Assembly (NCBI GenBank): GCA_965208125.1
Contig: OZ242320.1
Coordinates: 416,001-480,000 of the forward strand
Length of the DNA: 64,000 nucleotides
Direction: 5' to 3'
Source of the DNA: Candidatus Latescibacterota bacterium
GTDB taxonomy: Bacteria > Latescibacterota > UBA2968
The notes beneath the pieces are model-generated. The model did no database searches, was not told where the DNA came from, and saw only the letters and a program-made list of their open reading frames with translations. Both the position numbers and the translations under genes were made by a program. Below, in pieces: positions 18,317 to 27,531 of this stretch (its first letter is position 1; the number at the start of each line of letters is the position of its first letter).

Positions 18317-19843
18317 ATGTCTCCGCCAACAACGCCCAAACGCGATTTGCGTTATATTCTTATTTTTTTTTCCTGCTGCATTGCGCTTTTTTGCATCACA
18401 GCGCACGCCCAACCCATCCCCCAGAGCGGAACCCACCTGATCCCACGCAATACCACACCTTATCACCCTGCAACCAAAATATCCTCCTCCACACCTTTCC
18501 GCGTTGGCGATACGCTCACGCTACCCGCATACAGTTTTCAACTCGTTGGCGGCGGAAAATACCACACCACAACAACCTGTCGCTATGTGGGCGACCACTG
18601 TTACATTTTTGTAGAAGACGACATGTGGAACACCCCGCGCGTAACACAAGCGGGCATTGAATCCCTCGCACACGCATTTGATAAATCCACCGCACGTCAT
18701 CCTGACCGCGGCATTTACGAAACTGTCACCGCCCTCTTTGGTGATCCCCCGGATGTCGATGCCGATCCTCGCATACTCATCCTCGTACTCGACGTGCTCG
18801 ACAGTCCAATCACAGGCATCACATTTATCGGTTATATCGATACCGACAACGAATCCCCGCCCGTCTCGCGCGAAATCATTTATATCGACGCTCGGCCCCT
18901 CGACATTAACAGCAACCTCGCACGCGCCACACTCGCCCACGAATTTCAGCACCTGATCCACTGGAAAGCGGATCACGACGAAGCCAAATGGCTCGACGAA
19001 GGGTGCTCAGAATACGCCGAACTCGCCTGTGGATACAGAGATACTACAGCAGCAGCGACCGAAAATTTTCTCTCGCTCGCGGCCAATACAGATCTCACTT
19101 ATTGGGAAGATCAGTTTTTTGATTTTGACCAAGCATATCTCTACATGACGTACTTCGCACAGCGCTATGGCGACAGCGCACTCCGCAAACTCGTCGCAGA
19201 CCCGGACAGCAGCATAGCGAGCATCGACAATATTCTCCAAGCGCTCAACGTGCCCGAACGCTTCGATCACCTCTTTGGGCAATGGGCCGCGGCCATGTAC
19301 CTCGACGGCGAGGGCGACCTCGGCTATCGAGCTATTGACCTGCACCCGGTAAAACGCGAAATCCTCACCATCCCGACCAATAATCTCACGCGACGCGCCA
19401 CGCGCTGGGGCATAGACTATCTCGATCTGGGCGAAACACCCGACCTCGCCTTCACAATTCAATCCACAGGTGACAACGACCTCCTCGTCACACTCATTGC
19501 CGGAGGGAATCAGCCCTTTGCCGCACCGATCCCCATTTCAGCCTCACAGAGCAAACGCATACACACATCGGGCAATGCCATCAGAAGCCTCGCCATCACC
19601 TCCACATCTGGCACAACAATCGGTTACGCCCTCTCTGTATCTGAACTTGCGTCCGGCCCCGCAGCCGCAGACTTTGACGGCGACGGAGAAATCGGCTTCT
19701 CGGACTTCCTCGCCTTTGTCTCGAGCTTTGGCAAAACCGCGGGCGATGTTGGCTTCGACCCCACTTTTGACCTCGACGGCGACCTGAGCGTTACCTTCTC
19801 GGACTTTCTCATTTTTGTCCAAAACTTCGGCACAGACTTTTAG
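18317..19843 (+). CDS. Secreted zinc metallopeptidase (M30-like) with a C-terminal dockerin-like EF-hand pair
   Basis: PPDVDADPRILIL, LAHEFQHLI and WLDEGCSE motifs; C-terminal DFDGDGEIGFSDF...DLDGDLSVTFSDF; start MSPPT at 18317. Confidence 0.82.
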   Translation: MSPPTTPKRDLRYILIFFSCCIALFCITAHAQPIPQSGTHLIPRNTTPYHPATKISSSTPFRVGDTLTLPAYSFQLVGGGKYHTTTTCRYVGDHCYIFVEDDMWNTPRVTQAGIESLAHAFDKSTARHPDRGIYETVTALFGDPPDVDADPRILILVLDVLDSPITGITFIGYIDTDNESPPVSREIIYIDARPLDINSNLARATLAHEFQHLIHWKADHDEAKWLDEGCSEYAELACGYRDTTAAATENFLSLAANTDLTYWEDQFFDFDQAYLYMTYFAQRYGDSALRKLVADPDSSIASIDNILQALNVPERFDHLFGQWAAAMYLDGEGDLGYRAIDLHPVKREILTIPTNNLTRRATRWGIDYLDLGETPDLAFTIQSTGDNDLLVTLIAGGNQPFAAPIPISASQSKRIHTSGNAIRSLAITSTSGTTIGYALSVSELASGPAAADFDGDGEIGFSDFLAFVSSFGKTAGDVGFDPTFDLDGDLSVTFSDFLIFVQNFGTDF

Positions 19844-19867
19844 CCTAAAAAAACGAAAGGGACTCCC

Positions 19868-21469
19868 ATGCCAATCACTACCCTTATTCACTCAGGCAAA
19901 ATTATCGACGGCACTGGCAACCCCTATTTCTACGGCGATATCGCTCTACAAAACGGCAAGATCTCCACCATCGAACCCCCGGGATCCATCCCCCGCGATG
20001 GCATCGGCGAAATCGTCGATGCATCCGGTCACATCGTCTGCCCCGGCTTCATCGACATACAGAGCCACTCCATTGTCCCACTCATGCGCGATGGTCGATG
20101 CCTCTCCAAAATCACCCAGGGCATCACCACCGAAATCATGGGTGAAGCGTGGACACCAGCACCTGTTGGCTCCAATACCCTCTCGCGATCTCTACCCAAA
20201 AACTGGCGGGCGCGGGCGCGGAACTGGCATCGCTTCGGCAACTGGCTCGACGCCATGATCGAAGCCGGCGTCTCACCCAACGTCGGCTCCTTCCTGGGCG
20301 CAGGCACCCTTCGCTCGCTGGCAATGGGCATGCGGATGGGTGAGCCAACTCCCGATGAAATGAAAACCATGCACCGCGTCATGGCCGAATCCATGGAAGA
20401 CGGCGCCTTCGGTCCTTCCTATGCCCTCATCTACCCACCGGACACATATACCAGCACGGATGAAATCGTCGAAATCTGTAAGACAGTGGCGAAATTCGGC
20501 GGCATCTACATCACCCACATCCGGTCCGAAGCCGACAGACTTCTCGAAGCCCTGGACGAAGCCATCGAAATCGGACAGCGCGCCAACCTCCCGGTCGAAG
20601 TCTATCACCTCAAAGCTGTCCCCGAGCACAACTACCCCAAGATGCACCAGGTCATTGAGCGCATAAATCAGGTACGCACCGAGGGCCTCGACATCACCGC
20701 CGATATGTATCCCTACACCGCCAGCGGCACCGGCCTATCTACTGTCCTGCCCACCTGGGTAGCTGCAGACGGCAAATTCTTCGACAACCTGCGCGACCCC
20801 GACATCCGCGCGAAAATCGTCTCCGAAGTCAGAAACCGCCAGGGCGAGATACCCCGTCGCCCCGACCGAATCGCTCCGGTCGGATTTAAAAAACCCGAAA
20901 ATCAGCAGTACATCGGCAAGCGCCTCTCTGAGATTGCCGAGATGCGCGGCCAAGACTGGGTAGAAGCCACCATCGACCTCCTGCTATCGGAAAACCAGCG
21001 CATCTTTACCATCTACCACACCATATCCGAAGACAATGTCCGTCTCCAACTCCAGCTTCCCTGGATCAAAGTCTCCACAGACGCAGGCGGCGTCGATCCA
21101 GAACGGGTGGCTGCTGAGGGACCGCTCCATCCCCGGTCGTACGGCACCTATCCCCGTGTCCTCGGCCGCTATGTCCGCGACGAAAAACTCATGCCACTCG
21201 AAGAAGCCATCCGCAAAATGACCTCCTCGGTCGCCAACCGCCTCTCACTGTGGGACCGCGGACGACTCCAGCCCGGCTGCTGGGCCGATGTCGTCGTCTT
21301 TGACCCCGACACCGTCGCCGACCGCTCGACATTCGACGACACCCATCAACTCTCTATCGGCATCCGCGACGTCTTCGTCAACGGCATCCGCGTCCTCGAA
21401 AATGGCGAACACACGGGCGCAACCCCTGGAATGTTCGTCAAGGGTCCGGGTGCGCAAGCAGGATCATAG
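19868..21469 (+). CDS. N-acyl-D-amino-acid deacylase (D-aminoacylase family)
   Basis: IIDGTGNP, PGFIDI.SH, THIRSE, ADMYPYTA and HPRSYGTYPRVLG motifs. Confidence 0.9.
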   Translation: MPITTLIHSGKIIDGTGNPYFYGDIALQNGKISTIEPPGSIPRDGIGEIVDASGHIVCPGFIDIQSHSIVPLMRDGRCLSKITQGITTEIMGEAWTPAPVGSNTLSRSLPKNWRARARNWHRFGNWLDAMIEAGVSPNVGSFLGAGTLRSLAMGMRMGEPTPDEMKTMHRVMAESMEDGAFGPSYALIYPPDTYTSTDEIVEICKTVAKFGGIYITHIRSEADRLLEALDEAIEIGQRANLPVEVYHLKAVPEHNYPKMHQVIERINQVRTEGLDITADMYPYTASGTGLSTVLPTWVAADGKFFDNLRDPDIRAKIVSEVRNRQGEIPRRPDRIAPVGFKKPENQQYIGKRLSEIAEMRGQDWVEATIDLLLSENQRIFTIYHTISEDNVRLQLQLPWIKVSTDAGGVDPERVAAEGPLHPRSYGTYPRVLGRYVRDEKLMPLEEAIRKMTSSVANRLSLWDRGRLQPGCWADVVVFDPDTVADRSTFDDTHQLSIGIRDVFVNGIRVLENGEHTGATPGMFVKGPGAQAGS

Positions 21470-21807
21470 CTCACTTAACCCTTGAGAGAAAACTAATGAC
21501 CGAAACTAAAAATACAGATCTGTTACAGCGCAATTTCATCGACATGCTCAAGGCGACGGGTAGATTGTACCCTACGAGACAATCGTGCTCGCCGTCAGAG
21601 CTAAGAAAATCTTCTAATTCTTCGGTGCGAAGTACTGGAATCTTCATTTCTGTTACATCCATATTCAAATTGAAGTATTCTTCCACGGTCATCCACCATT
21701 TTATATACTCGCACTGAAAAGACTCATGTGGTCAATGGGTGAGGCCACGTATTCGCTCGCCCTTGAAGTGGCTGCACATATTTATGATCATTGGATAAGG
21801 GATTGAG

Positions 21808-23427
21808 ATGGGGAGACTTGCTGTTTTGTTGGCAATTATTCTATTCGCGGGCGGATCCGTGCATGCACAAGTTCCGCCCATTTTTACGCCCGGAACAGAA
21901 CTTCACGATATTTATTGTCGCGCATGTGCCCATTTTTTTCCTGAGACTCTGCCTGCTGACAGCGAGTTTCGGCTGGATAGAGCTATCTGTGGGACATCGG
22001 CAATAAGAGGTCTGACTGCGAATTGGGATCGTTTGCCTCCCGCTGCAAAGGAGGCATTTGCGTTTCTTCAGCAGCGTCCTATTCTGAGTCATTCAATTCT
22101 GTCTTCAGGGGGGCATTTCAAGATTCACTACAATACGACGGGGACGCACGCCGTTGCTCCAACAGACGCAGATGGCAATGGCGTTCCGGATTATGTCGAT
22201 GAGGCTGCGCGGGTTTTTGAGTCGGTTTGGGATTTGGAGATCAATCAATTGGGGTACAATCCCCCTCCATCTGATGGCGATGGTGTTTACGACATTTATA
22301 TCAAAAATCTTGCCATTCAGTCGGTTTATGGTTTTACATATCCGATTGCATATCCGGAATCGAGAACGTCGAGTTATATGGAAATTGACAATAATTTTAC
22401 GGATAATATTTATCCTGTAAATTCACGTGGATTCAACGGATTGCGCGTGACGGCTGCCCACGAGTTTTTTCACGCGATTCAATTTGGGTATTATGCCGAT
22501 TTTGGTGCCGCCTGGTGGCAAGAGCTCACGGCGACCTGGATGGAGGATGTGGCCTATCCCGACGTAAATGATTTTTACCAATACATGAGTTGTGCGAGCA
22601 ACCATTCGTGTTTTTACGACGATCCCGAAGCCTCATTGGATACAAGCCCTTTGACCAGTCCTCATCCTTTCGGTGCTTCGATTTTTGCCCATCACTTGGA
22701 GCAGGTTTACGGGGTGGATGAGATTAAAAGCGTTTGGGAGTTGCTCAAAAGACGCGATCCGAGCACATATAGTTTGTCGCTTATTGATGATGGGATGCCC
22801 CTGAGCGGATTTGCCCAGGTGATGCCGCGGTTTGCCGCGTGGAATTATTTAACTGATATGCGTGCGCGTCCCGGGTATTATGTTGAGGCGCACGATTTGC
22901 CTTCGATAAAGCATGCCAATATATTCCTCGGCACGGGGAGCTCTTTTGAAGGGTCTGAAACGGTAGATCATTTGGGGACGACATACTTGCGCGTGGCAAC
23001 TTTGAATATCGCTGGCGGACTTCGGGGGGTGTTTTCACTGGACGACCAGGGACAGTGGAAGTTGCTGGTTATGCTGATTTCTCCGTCAGGTGTTGAGCTA
23101 TTGTACCCGCGGGGGACAACGGTGGTTATTCCCAGAGCCAATCGTTTTGACGAGGTTGTATTTATCGTGATGGAGACATCGCTTTCGGGAGAAAGACGGC
23201 GTGTGGATTACACGCTATCAACTGGCGGAAGTATGGCGACAGATCTCGTGTGCGATGTCGATGGCGATGGGCGCGTTGCATTTTCCGATTTTCTACGCTT
23301 TGGGAATGGTTTTAAGCTTTTGCACACGGATGATAAGTACGATCCAAAATTGGATTTCAATGGTGATGGTCCTGTTGATTTTCTGGATTTTCTCATTTTT
23401 GTTTCCCATTTTGGTGAATCGCGTTAA
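21808..23427 (+). CDS. MXAN_6640-like secreted metalloprotease with a C-terminal dockerin-like EF-hand pair
   Basis: Signal peptide; HFKIHY, DGNGVPDYV, TAAHEFFHAIQFGY and WWQELTATWMED motifs; C-terminal DVDGDGRVAFSDF...DFNGDGPVDFLDF. Confidence 0.85.
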   Translation: MGRLAVLLAIILFAGGSVHAQVPPIFTPGTELHDIYCRACAHFFPETLPADSEFRLDRAICGTSAIRGLTANWDRLPPAAKEAFAFLQQRPILSHSILSSGGHFKIHYNTTGTHAVAPTDADGNGVPDYVDEAARVFESVWDLEINQLGYNPPPSDGDGVYDIYIKNLAIQSVYGFTYPIAYPESRTSSYMEIDNNFTDNIYPVNSRGFNGLRVTAAHEFFHAIQFGYYADFGAAWWQELTATWMEDVAYPDVNDFYQYMSCASNHSCFYDDPEASLDTSPLTSPHPFGASIFAHHLEQVYGVDEIKSVWELLKRRDPSTYSLSLIDDGMPLSGFAQVMPRFAAWNYLTDMRARPGYYVEAHDLPSIKHANIFLGTGSSFEGSETVDHLGTTYLRVATLNIAGGLRGVFSLDDQGQWKLLVMLISPSGVELLYPRGTTVVIPRANRFDEVVFIVMETSLSGERRRVDYTLSTGGSMATDLVCDVDGDGRVAFSDFLRFGNGFKLLHTDDKYDPKLDFNGDGPVDFLDFLIFVSHFGESR

Positions 23428-23604
23428 GCGGAGTAACTCCATGCTTGACGCACAGCATGTTTGATTCACGGATCTGTCGCCCAAAAATTGAATCAGTTTG
23501 CAGGCTAATTTGCGCTATGCCACAGCCTTTATACCGGTTCTACCATTGGGGCGTATTTCATTTATTTTTAGCCTAAAATGACACGGACGCAGACAGACCA
23601 AAAC

Positions 23605-24522
23605 CTATGTAATCACACCGCGCTTGCGAAGCACATCATCCACCTCATCATCGCCCGTTGTTTTGTCGGCAAAGTTGAACTCCGATCCCGCATTGAGCAG
23701 CAACTCAATCACCCCAGCGTAATCGGCATCTGGAACGGGATGATTTGCCAAAAAGTACATCGTTGAACCAAGAGCTGTACCACCAAAGTCATTTTTCAGC
23801 TCAACAGAAGCTCCGCACCCCAGAAGCATCTCGACCGCATCTCTGCGGCCGCGTTGTGATGCCAGCATCAACCCCGTATTATTTGCCCCGCCTTTTACAT
23901 CGATATCCACACCGCGTTTGAGAAGACATTTCGCCACCTCAGTGTGGCCATACTTGCAAGCAGACCAGAATACCTCTTCCAACTCCCTGCGGGATATATC
24001 TCCCTCATCAATGAATCTCTCGACCAATTCAAGCTCCCCCAAACCAGCGGCGACTTCGACATTCATGATCTTTGCACCGCATTCAAGAAGAGCCTGAACC
24101 GACTCGGGATACTCAGAACTAAGCGCGAGCCTTAGTGGTTCACCATCTCCCTTTAACCCATCTACCCTCGCTCCCGAATTGACGAATACACTCACAAGCT
24201 CAGCGGCGACACCCGATTTATGTGGGTGAAAACTGGTCACCAGTGAAACAAGAGGTGTAGTCCCCGATCCTCCATCCAGAAACGTAGCATCTATCTCAGC
24301 ACCAGCATCAATAAGCACATTTGCAACATCGACTGCGTTAGTCGGTGTCCTCTGCCGTTCATCTTCCACGCCATTTGCCGCCACATAGTGAATCAACATC
24401 GCCCTATGCGCTCTGGAGGACCGCATGCGAATCAAATCAGGCTCTCTTTTGAGCAGTAGTTTAAGCGTCTCCGTATCACCGGAAATCACGGCATCAACTG
24501 CTTCCTCAAATTTCTCAGTCAT
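23605..24522 (-). CDS. Ankyrin-repeat protein
   Basis: Repeated ankyrin motifs (TPLVSLV, ACKYGHTEVAKCLLKRGVDID, TGLMLASQRG, GGTALG). Confidence 0.88.
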   Translation of the reverse strand: MTEKFEEAVDAVISGDTETLKLLLKREPDLIRMRSSRAHRAMLIHYVAANGVEDERQRTPTNAVDVANVLIDAGAEIDATFLDGGSGTTPLVSLVTSFHPHKSGVAAELVSVFVNSGARVDGLKGDGEPLRLALSSEYPESVQALLECGAKIMNVEVAAGLGELELVERFIDEGDISRRELEEVFWSACKYGHTEVAKCLLKRGVDIDVKGGANNTGLMLASQRGRRDAVEMLLGCGASVELKNDFGGTALGSTMYFLANHPVPDADYAGVIELLLNAGSEFNFADKTTGDDEVDDVLRKRGVIT

Positions 24523-24525
24523 CTT

Positions 24526-25200
24526 TCACACCCCCTCATCCCTCACCACTTCCCCATCGAGCAGATGCACAATGCGTTTGCTATAGCCCGCCCACTTTTC
24601 CGAATGCGTCACCTGCACAATCGTTGTCCCTTCCTCGTGCAACCCGGTGAACAAATCCATCACATGTTCGCCCTGCGTCGAATTTAAATTCCCCGTGGGT
24701 TCATCTGCCAGAATCACACGCGGCTTGATCACCACGGCGCGCGCAACGCCCACGCGCTGTTGTTCGCCGCCAGACAACTGGTGGGGAAACAAATCCTTCT
24801 TTTCCACCAGATCAAACTCATTCAGCATCGCATTCACCATCTCCTCGCGTTCATCGTTCTTCACCTTCTTGTATAACAAAGGCGTCTCGATATTTCCGTA
24901 CACGGTCAACTCGTCAATCAAATGATAGCTCTGAAACACAAAACCGATATTGTTCTTGTGACAATCCGACCGCTCGCGCTCGCGCATCTTATGCACGGCA
25001 TCGCCATCAAACAAATATTCCCCTCTATTCGACGAGTCCAGCATCCCCATAATGTGCAACAACGTAGATTTGCCCGAACCGGAAGGCCCCATAATAGATA
25101 CAAACTCCCCGGACGCGACCTCCAGATCAATCCCCTGCAACACAACCGTCCGAATAAAACGCGACGAATACCACTTTTGAATGCCCGACATCTGAATCAT
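24526..25200 (-). CDS. ABC transporter ATP-binding protein (MacB/LolD-like), no adjacent permease
   Basis: GPSGSGKST, LSGGEQQRV and LADEPTGNL motifs; GGAGG RBS. Confidence 0.92.
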   Translation of the reverse strand: MIQMSGIQKWYSSRFIRTVVLQGIDLEVASGEFVSIMGPSGSGKSTLLHIMGMLDSSNRGEYLFDGDAVHKMRERERSDCHKNNIGFVFQSYHLIDELTVYGNIETPLLYKKVKNDEREEMVNAMLNEFDLVEKKDLFPHQLSGGEQQRVGVARAVVIKPRVILADEPTGNLNSTQGEHVMDLFTGLHEEGTTIVQVTHSEKWAGYSKRIVHLLDGEVVRDEGV

Positions 25201-25259
25201 CTCACACCTCCTTTATAAACTAATTTTGAACGACGGATCAAATTGTAACTCCCATCCTA

Positions 25260-25275
25260 TGCAATATCCGTGCCA
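25260..25275 (-). promoter_or_regulatory. Sigma54 (-24/-12) promoter
   Basis: Minus strand reads TGGCAC-GGATA-TTGCA, a full consensus match about 60 nt upstream of the ABC ATPase. Confidence 0.85.
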
Positions 25276-25339
25276 AAATATTTATCTCATTATTTTTCAA
25301 TCTTTTATCACAAAACAGCTAAATCGCACTGCGATACAA

Positions 25340-25378
25340 GTGTCCGATATTGATACACAGGTGTCCGAAAATGAACAC
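25340..25378. promoter_or_regulatory. Tandem enhancer-like (UAS) sites for a sigma54 activator
   Basis: GTGTCCGATATTGATACAC and GTGTCCGAAAATGAACAC, starts 21 bp apart, each with GTGT..ACAC dyad ends; IHF-like TTTCAATCTTTTA at 25295-25307 lies between them and the promoter. Confidence 0.65.
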
Positions 25379-25388
25379 TTAAAACCAA

Positions 25389-26264
25389 CTATACCTTCAC
25401 CTTCAACGCACCCGGAACAACCTCAATCTTTGCGGGAACTTCACACATCGGTTCTCCATCCGCAAAAATCCACAGGGGATCATCGGATTCAATCTGCAAA
25501 GTTCTCGTCTGCACAATACGCACAGCAGAATGACCAACATGTGCGCCGGAATACGCGCGCAAAAACATCCGCAGAACCGTCCAGCGCGAAACATCTGCCA
25601 CAATGCACACATCCAGCACCCCATCATCAACAATGGCATCAGGTACAATTTTGACCCCACTCCCATAAAAAGGCGCATTCGCCGTTGCCGCCAGCAAAAT
25701 ACGCCCTTCAAAAACACCAAAATCTCCTCTCAGACGCACAAAAGGAGACCGATATCCAGATAGCGTTCGCAAAACCGCCAGACAATAGGACGCAGTCCCA
25801 CCCAATCTCGAAGGTCGAGACCGCGCCCTTTGCGCCACCACGGTATCGAAACCCAAACTCGCAACAGTCGCAAAAAATCGGTCACCCACTTTCCCCAGAT
25901 CAATCGCGCGCTTCACCCCATGCACCAGCGTATTGACCCCATTCTTCACATCTCTGGACAAACCCAATGCCCGCGCCAGATCATTCCCCCGACCACAGGG
26001 CACAACCCCCAAAACCGCGTCTGAATTTGCAAGCCCATTGACCACCTCATGCACTGTCCCATCCCCCCCACACGCAGCCACCTGTCGTGCCCCACGCGCC
26101 AACGCTTCCCGCGCTAACCGCTCGCAATCGCCCGGTGCTTCAGACATCATCAAATCGGTATCTACACCGCGCTCGCGCAACAAATCCGCAACCCGCTCAC
26201 CTGTGCGCCTTGCACGACCGCGTCCCGAAACGGGATTCGCAATAATTGTCCAGTGATTTGACAT
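25389..26264 (-). CDS. YegS/Rv2252/BmrU diacylglycerol-kinase-family lipid kinase
   Basis: NPVSG, CGGDGTVHEVVNG, P.GRGNDLARALG, GFD and ADGE motifs; start MSNHW at 26264. Confidence 0.9.
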   Translation of the reverse strand: MSNHWTIIANPVSGRGRARRTGERVADLLRERGVDTDLMMSEAPGDCERLAREALARGARQVAACGGDGTVHEVVNGLANSDAVLGVVPCGRGNDLARALGLSRDVKNGVNTLVHGVKRAIDLGKVGDRFFATVASLGFDTVVAQRARSRPSRLGGTASYCLAVLRTLSGYRSPFVRLRGDFGVFEGRILLAATANAPFYGSGVKIVPDAIVDDGVLDVCIVADVSRWTVLRMFLRAYSGAHVGHSAVRIVQTRTLQIESDDPLWIFADGEPMCEVPAKIEVVPGALKVKV

Positions 26265-26341
26265 AAGATTAAAAAGAAAACTCACCTCGCATTGAGATGA
26301 GTAGAGTCGAATCCGAAGCAGGCGGGAACGATTCTATTGAG

Positions 26342-26401
26342 CTTAGGGGGTAACTTAGGGGGTGACTTAAGGGGTAGCTTGGATGGTAACTTGGATGGTA
26401 A
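26342..26401. repeat. Five degenerate 12-bp tandem repeats (CTTAGGGGGTAA-like)
   Basis: cttagggggtaa cttagggggtga cttaaggggtag cttggatggtaa cttggatggtaa. Confidence 0.9.
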
Positions 26402-26475
26402 TTGCCAACCGGGCATCCGCCTCAGATCGCACTTCTGGGTTTGGATGCAGGTCAGAAGACGTCACATTCTCTCCG

Positions 26476-27531
26476 TTAAATCCCGAACCTCTGTTTCAAT
26501 CTTTGAATCCGATTAAAAGATTCGCAAATGCGATCTTCTTCGACAACGCCATCTGCTACCGCCTGCACAATGGCATTTTTAACATCGTACACCTGATCAA
26601 TATTGTATTCCCCAATCTGGTTGGCGAGCAAAATCATATCAACACCTGCTTTTACGGCTTCAACAACCGCCTCTGTCAACCCATACGCCTCGACAATCGC
26701 CCCCATTTGCATATCGTCAGAAATAACGACCCCATCAAAACCCAGCTCATTCCTCAGCAGTTTCGTCATAATATCATGCGACAAAGTTGCCGGTCTTCCG
26801 CTCTTATCGAGCTTCCAATTCACAATATGCGCGGTAAGAATCGGATCATCATAGCCTTTCTGGATAAATTTTTGATACGGCAAAAGCTCTTTCGCACGTC
26901 GGTATGTCTGTGTGACATCGGTAACACCCAGATGCGTATCGCCCGCCGCGCTTCCATGTCCTGGAAAATGTTTCAGCGCCGGTATCACCTGCTGTTCTCG
27001 ATGCGCCTTAATAAACGCATTTGCATGTGCCACCACAGTCCTCGGGACATCGCTAAATGACCGTTCTATCGCGCCAACAGCCGGACTTTGGGGATCTATA
27101 TTCACATCGACAACCGGAGCAAAATTCCAGTTAATCCCCATATCTTTCAATTCGCACGCAAGTGCTTCTGCTACTTTTTTCGTCTTACCCGGAGACTGTC
27201 TGCCGAGTTCTTGAGCAGAAGGCACAGAAACCGAAAATCCATACTCCTCTTTTAGCCGATTGACATACCCACCTTCTACATCAACAGCGATAAAATAGGG
27301 CGCTATGTCCTGAAGCACCGAGGTCAAAGCGCGCAGTTGCCGCGGAGACGTAATATTCCGCACCATCTCACCTTTGCTCGGCAAATCATAATCAAAAAGC
27401 ACAACCCCACCGGGTTGAATATCCCGCAATAGCGCAGCAATATCCCCATATAGAACATCACCGCGAAAACCGATCATCAACATCTGTCCCACGGCTTCCT
27501 CTATGGAAGTTCCAAGATCATCGGGCGTCAC
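26476..27531 (-). CDS. nagZ: GH3 beta-N-acetylhexosaminidase
   Basis: GQMLMIGF, VDVEGGYVNRL, NFAPVVD, KHFPGHG..GDTH and SDDMQMGA motifs; GTG start overlaps the SDR stop (GTGA) with RBS GGGAGA. Confidence 0.85.
   Translation of the reverse strand: MTPDDLGTSIEEAVGQMLMIGFRGDVLYGDIAALLRDIQPGGVVLFDYDLPSKGEMVRNITSPRQLRALTSVLQDIAPYFIAVDVEGGYVNRLKEEYGFSVSVPSAQELGRQSPGKTKKVAEALACELKDMGINWNFAPVVDVNIDPQSPAVGAIERSFSDVPRTVVAHANAFIKAHREQQVIPALKHFPGHGSAAGDTHLGVTDVTQTYRRAKELLPYQKFIQKGYDDPILTAHIVNWKLDKSGRPATLSHDIMTKLLRNELGFDGVVISDDMQMGAIVEAYGLTEAVVEAVKAGVDMILLANQIGEYNIDQVYDVKNAIVQAVADGVVEEDRICESFNRIQRLKQRFGI

Noticed and set aside
21471-21717. Two small opposing 73-aa ORFs
   Set aside because: No recognisable motif or clear RBS; possibly a gene remnant, but not supportable as a CDS.
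26342-26401. Possible CRISPR array or telomere-like TTAGGG repeat
   Set aside because: The units are 12-bp head-to-tail repeats with no spacers and no cas genes; a decayed coding repeat explains them better.
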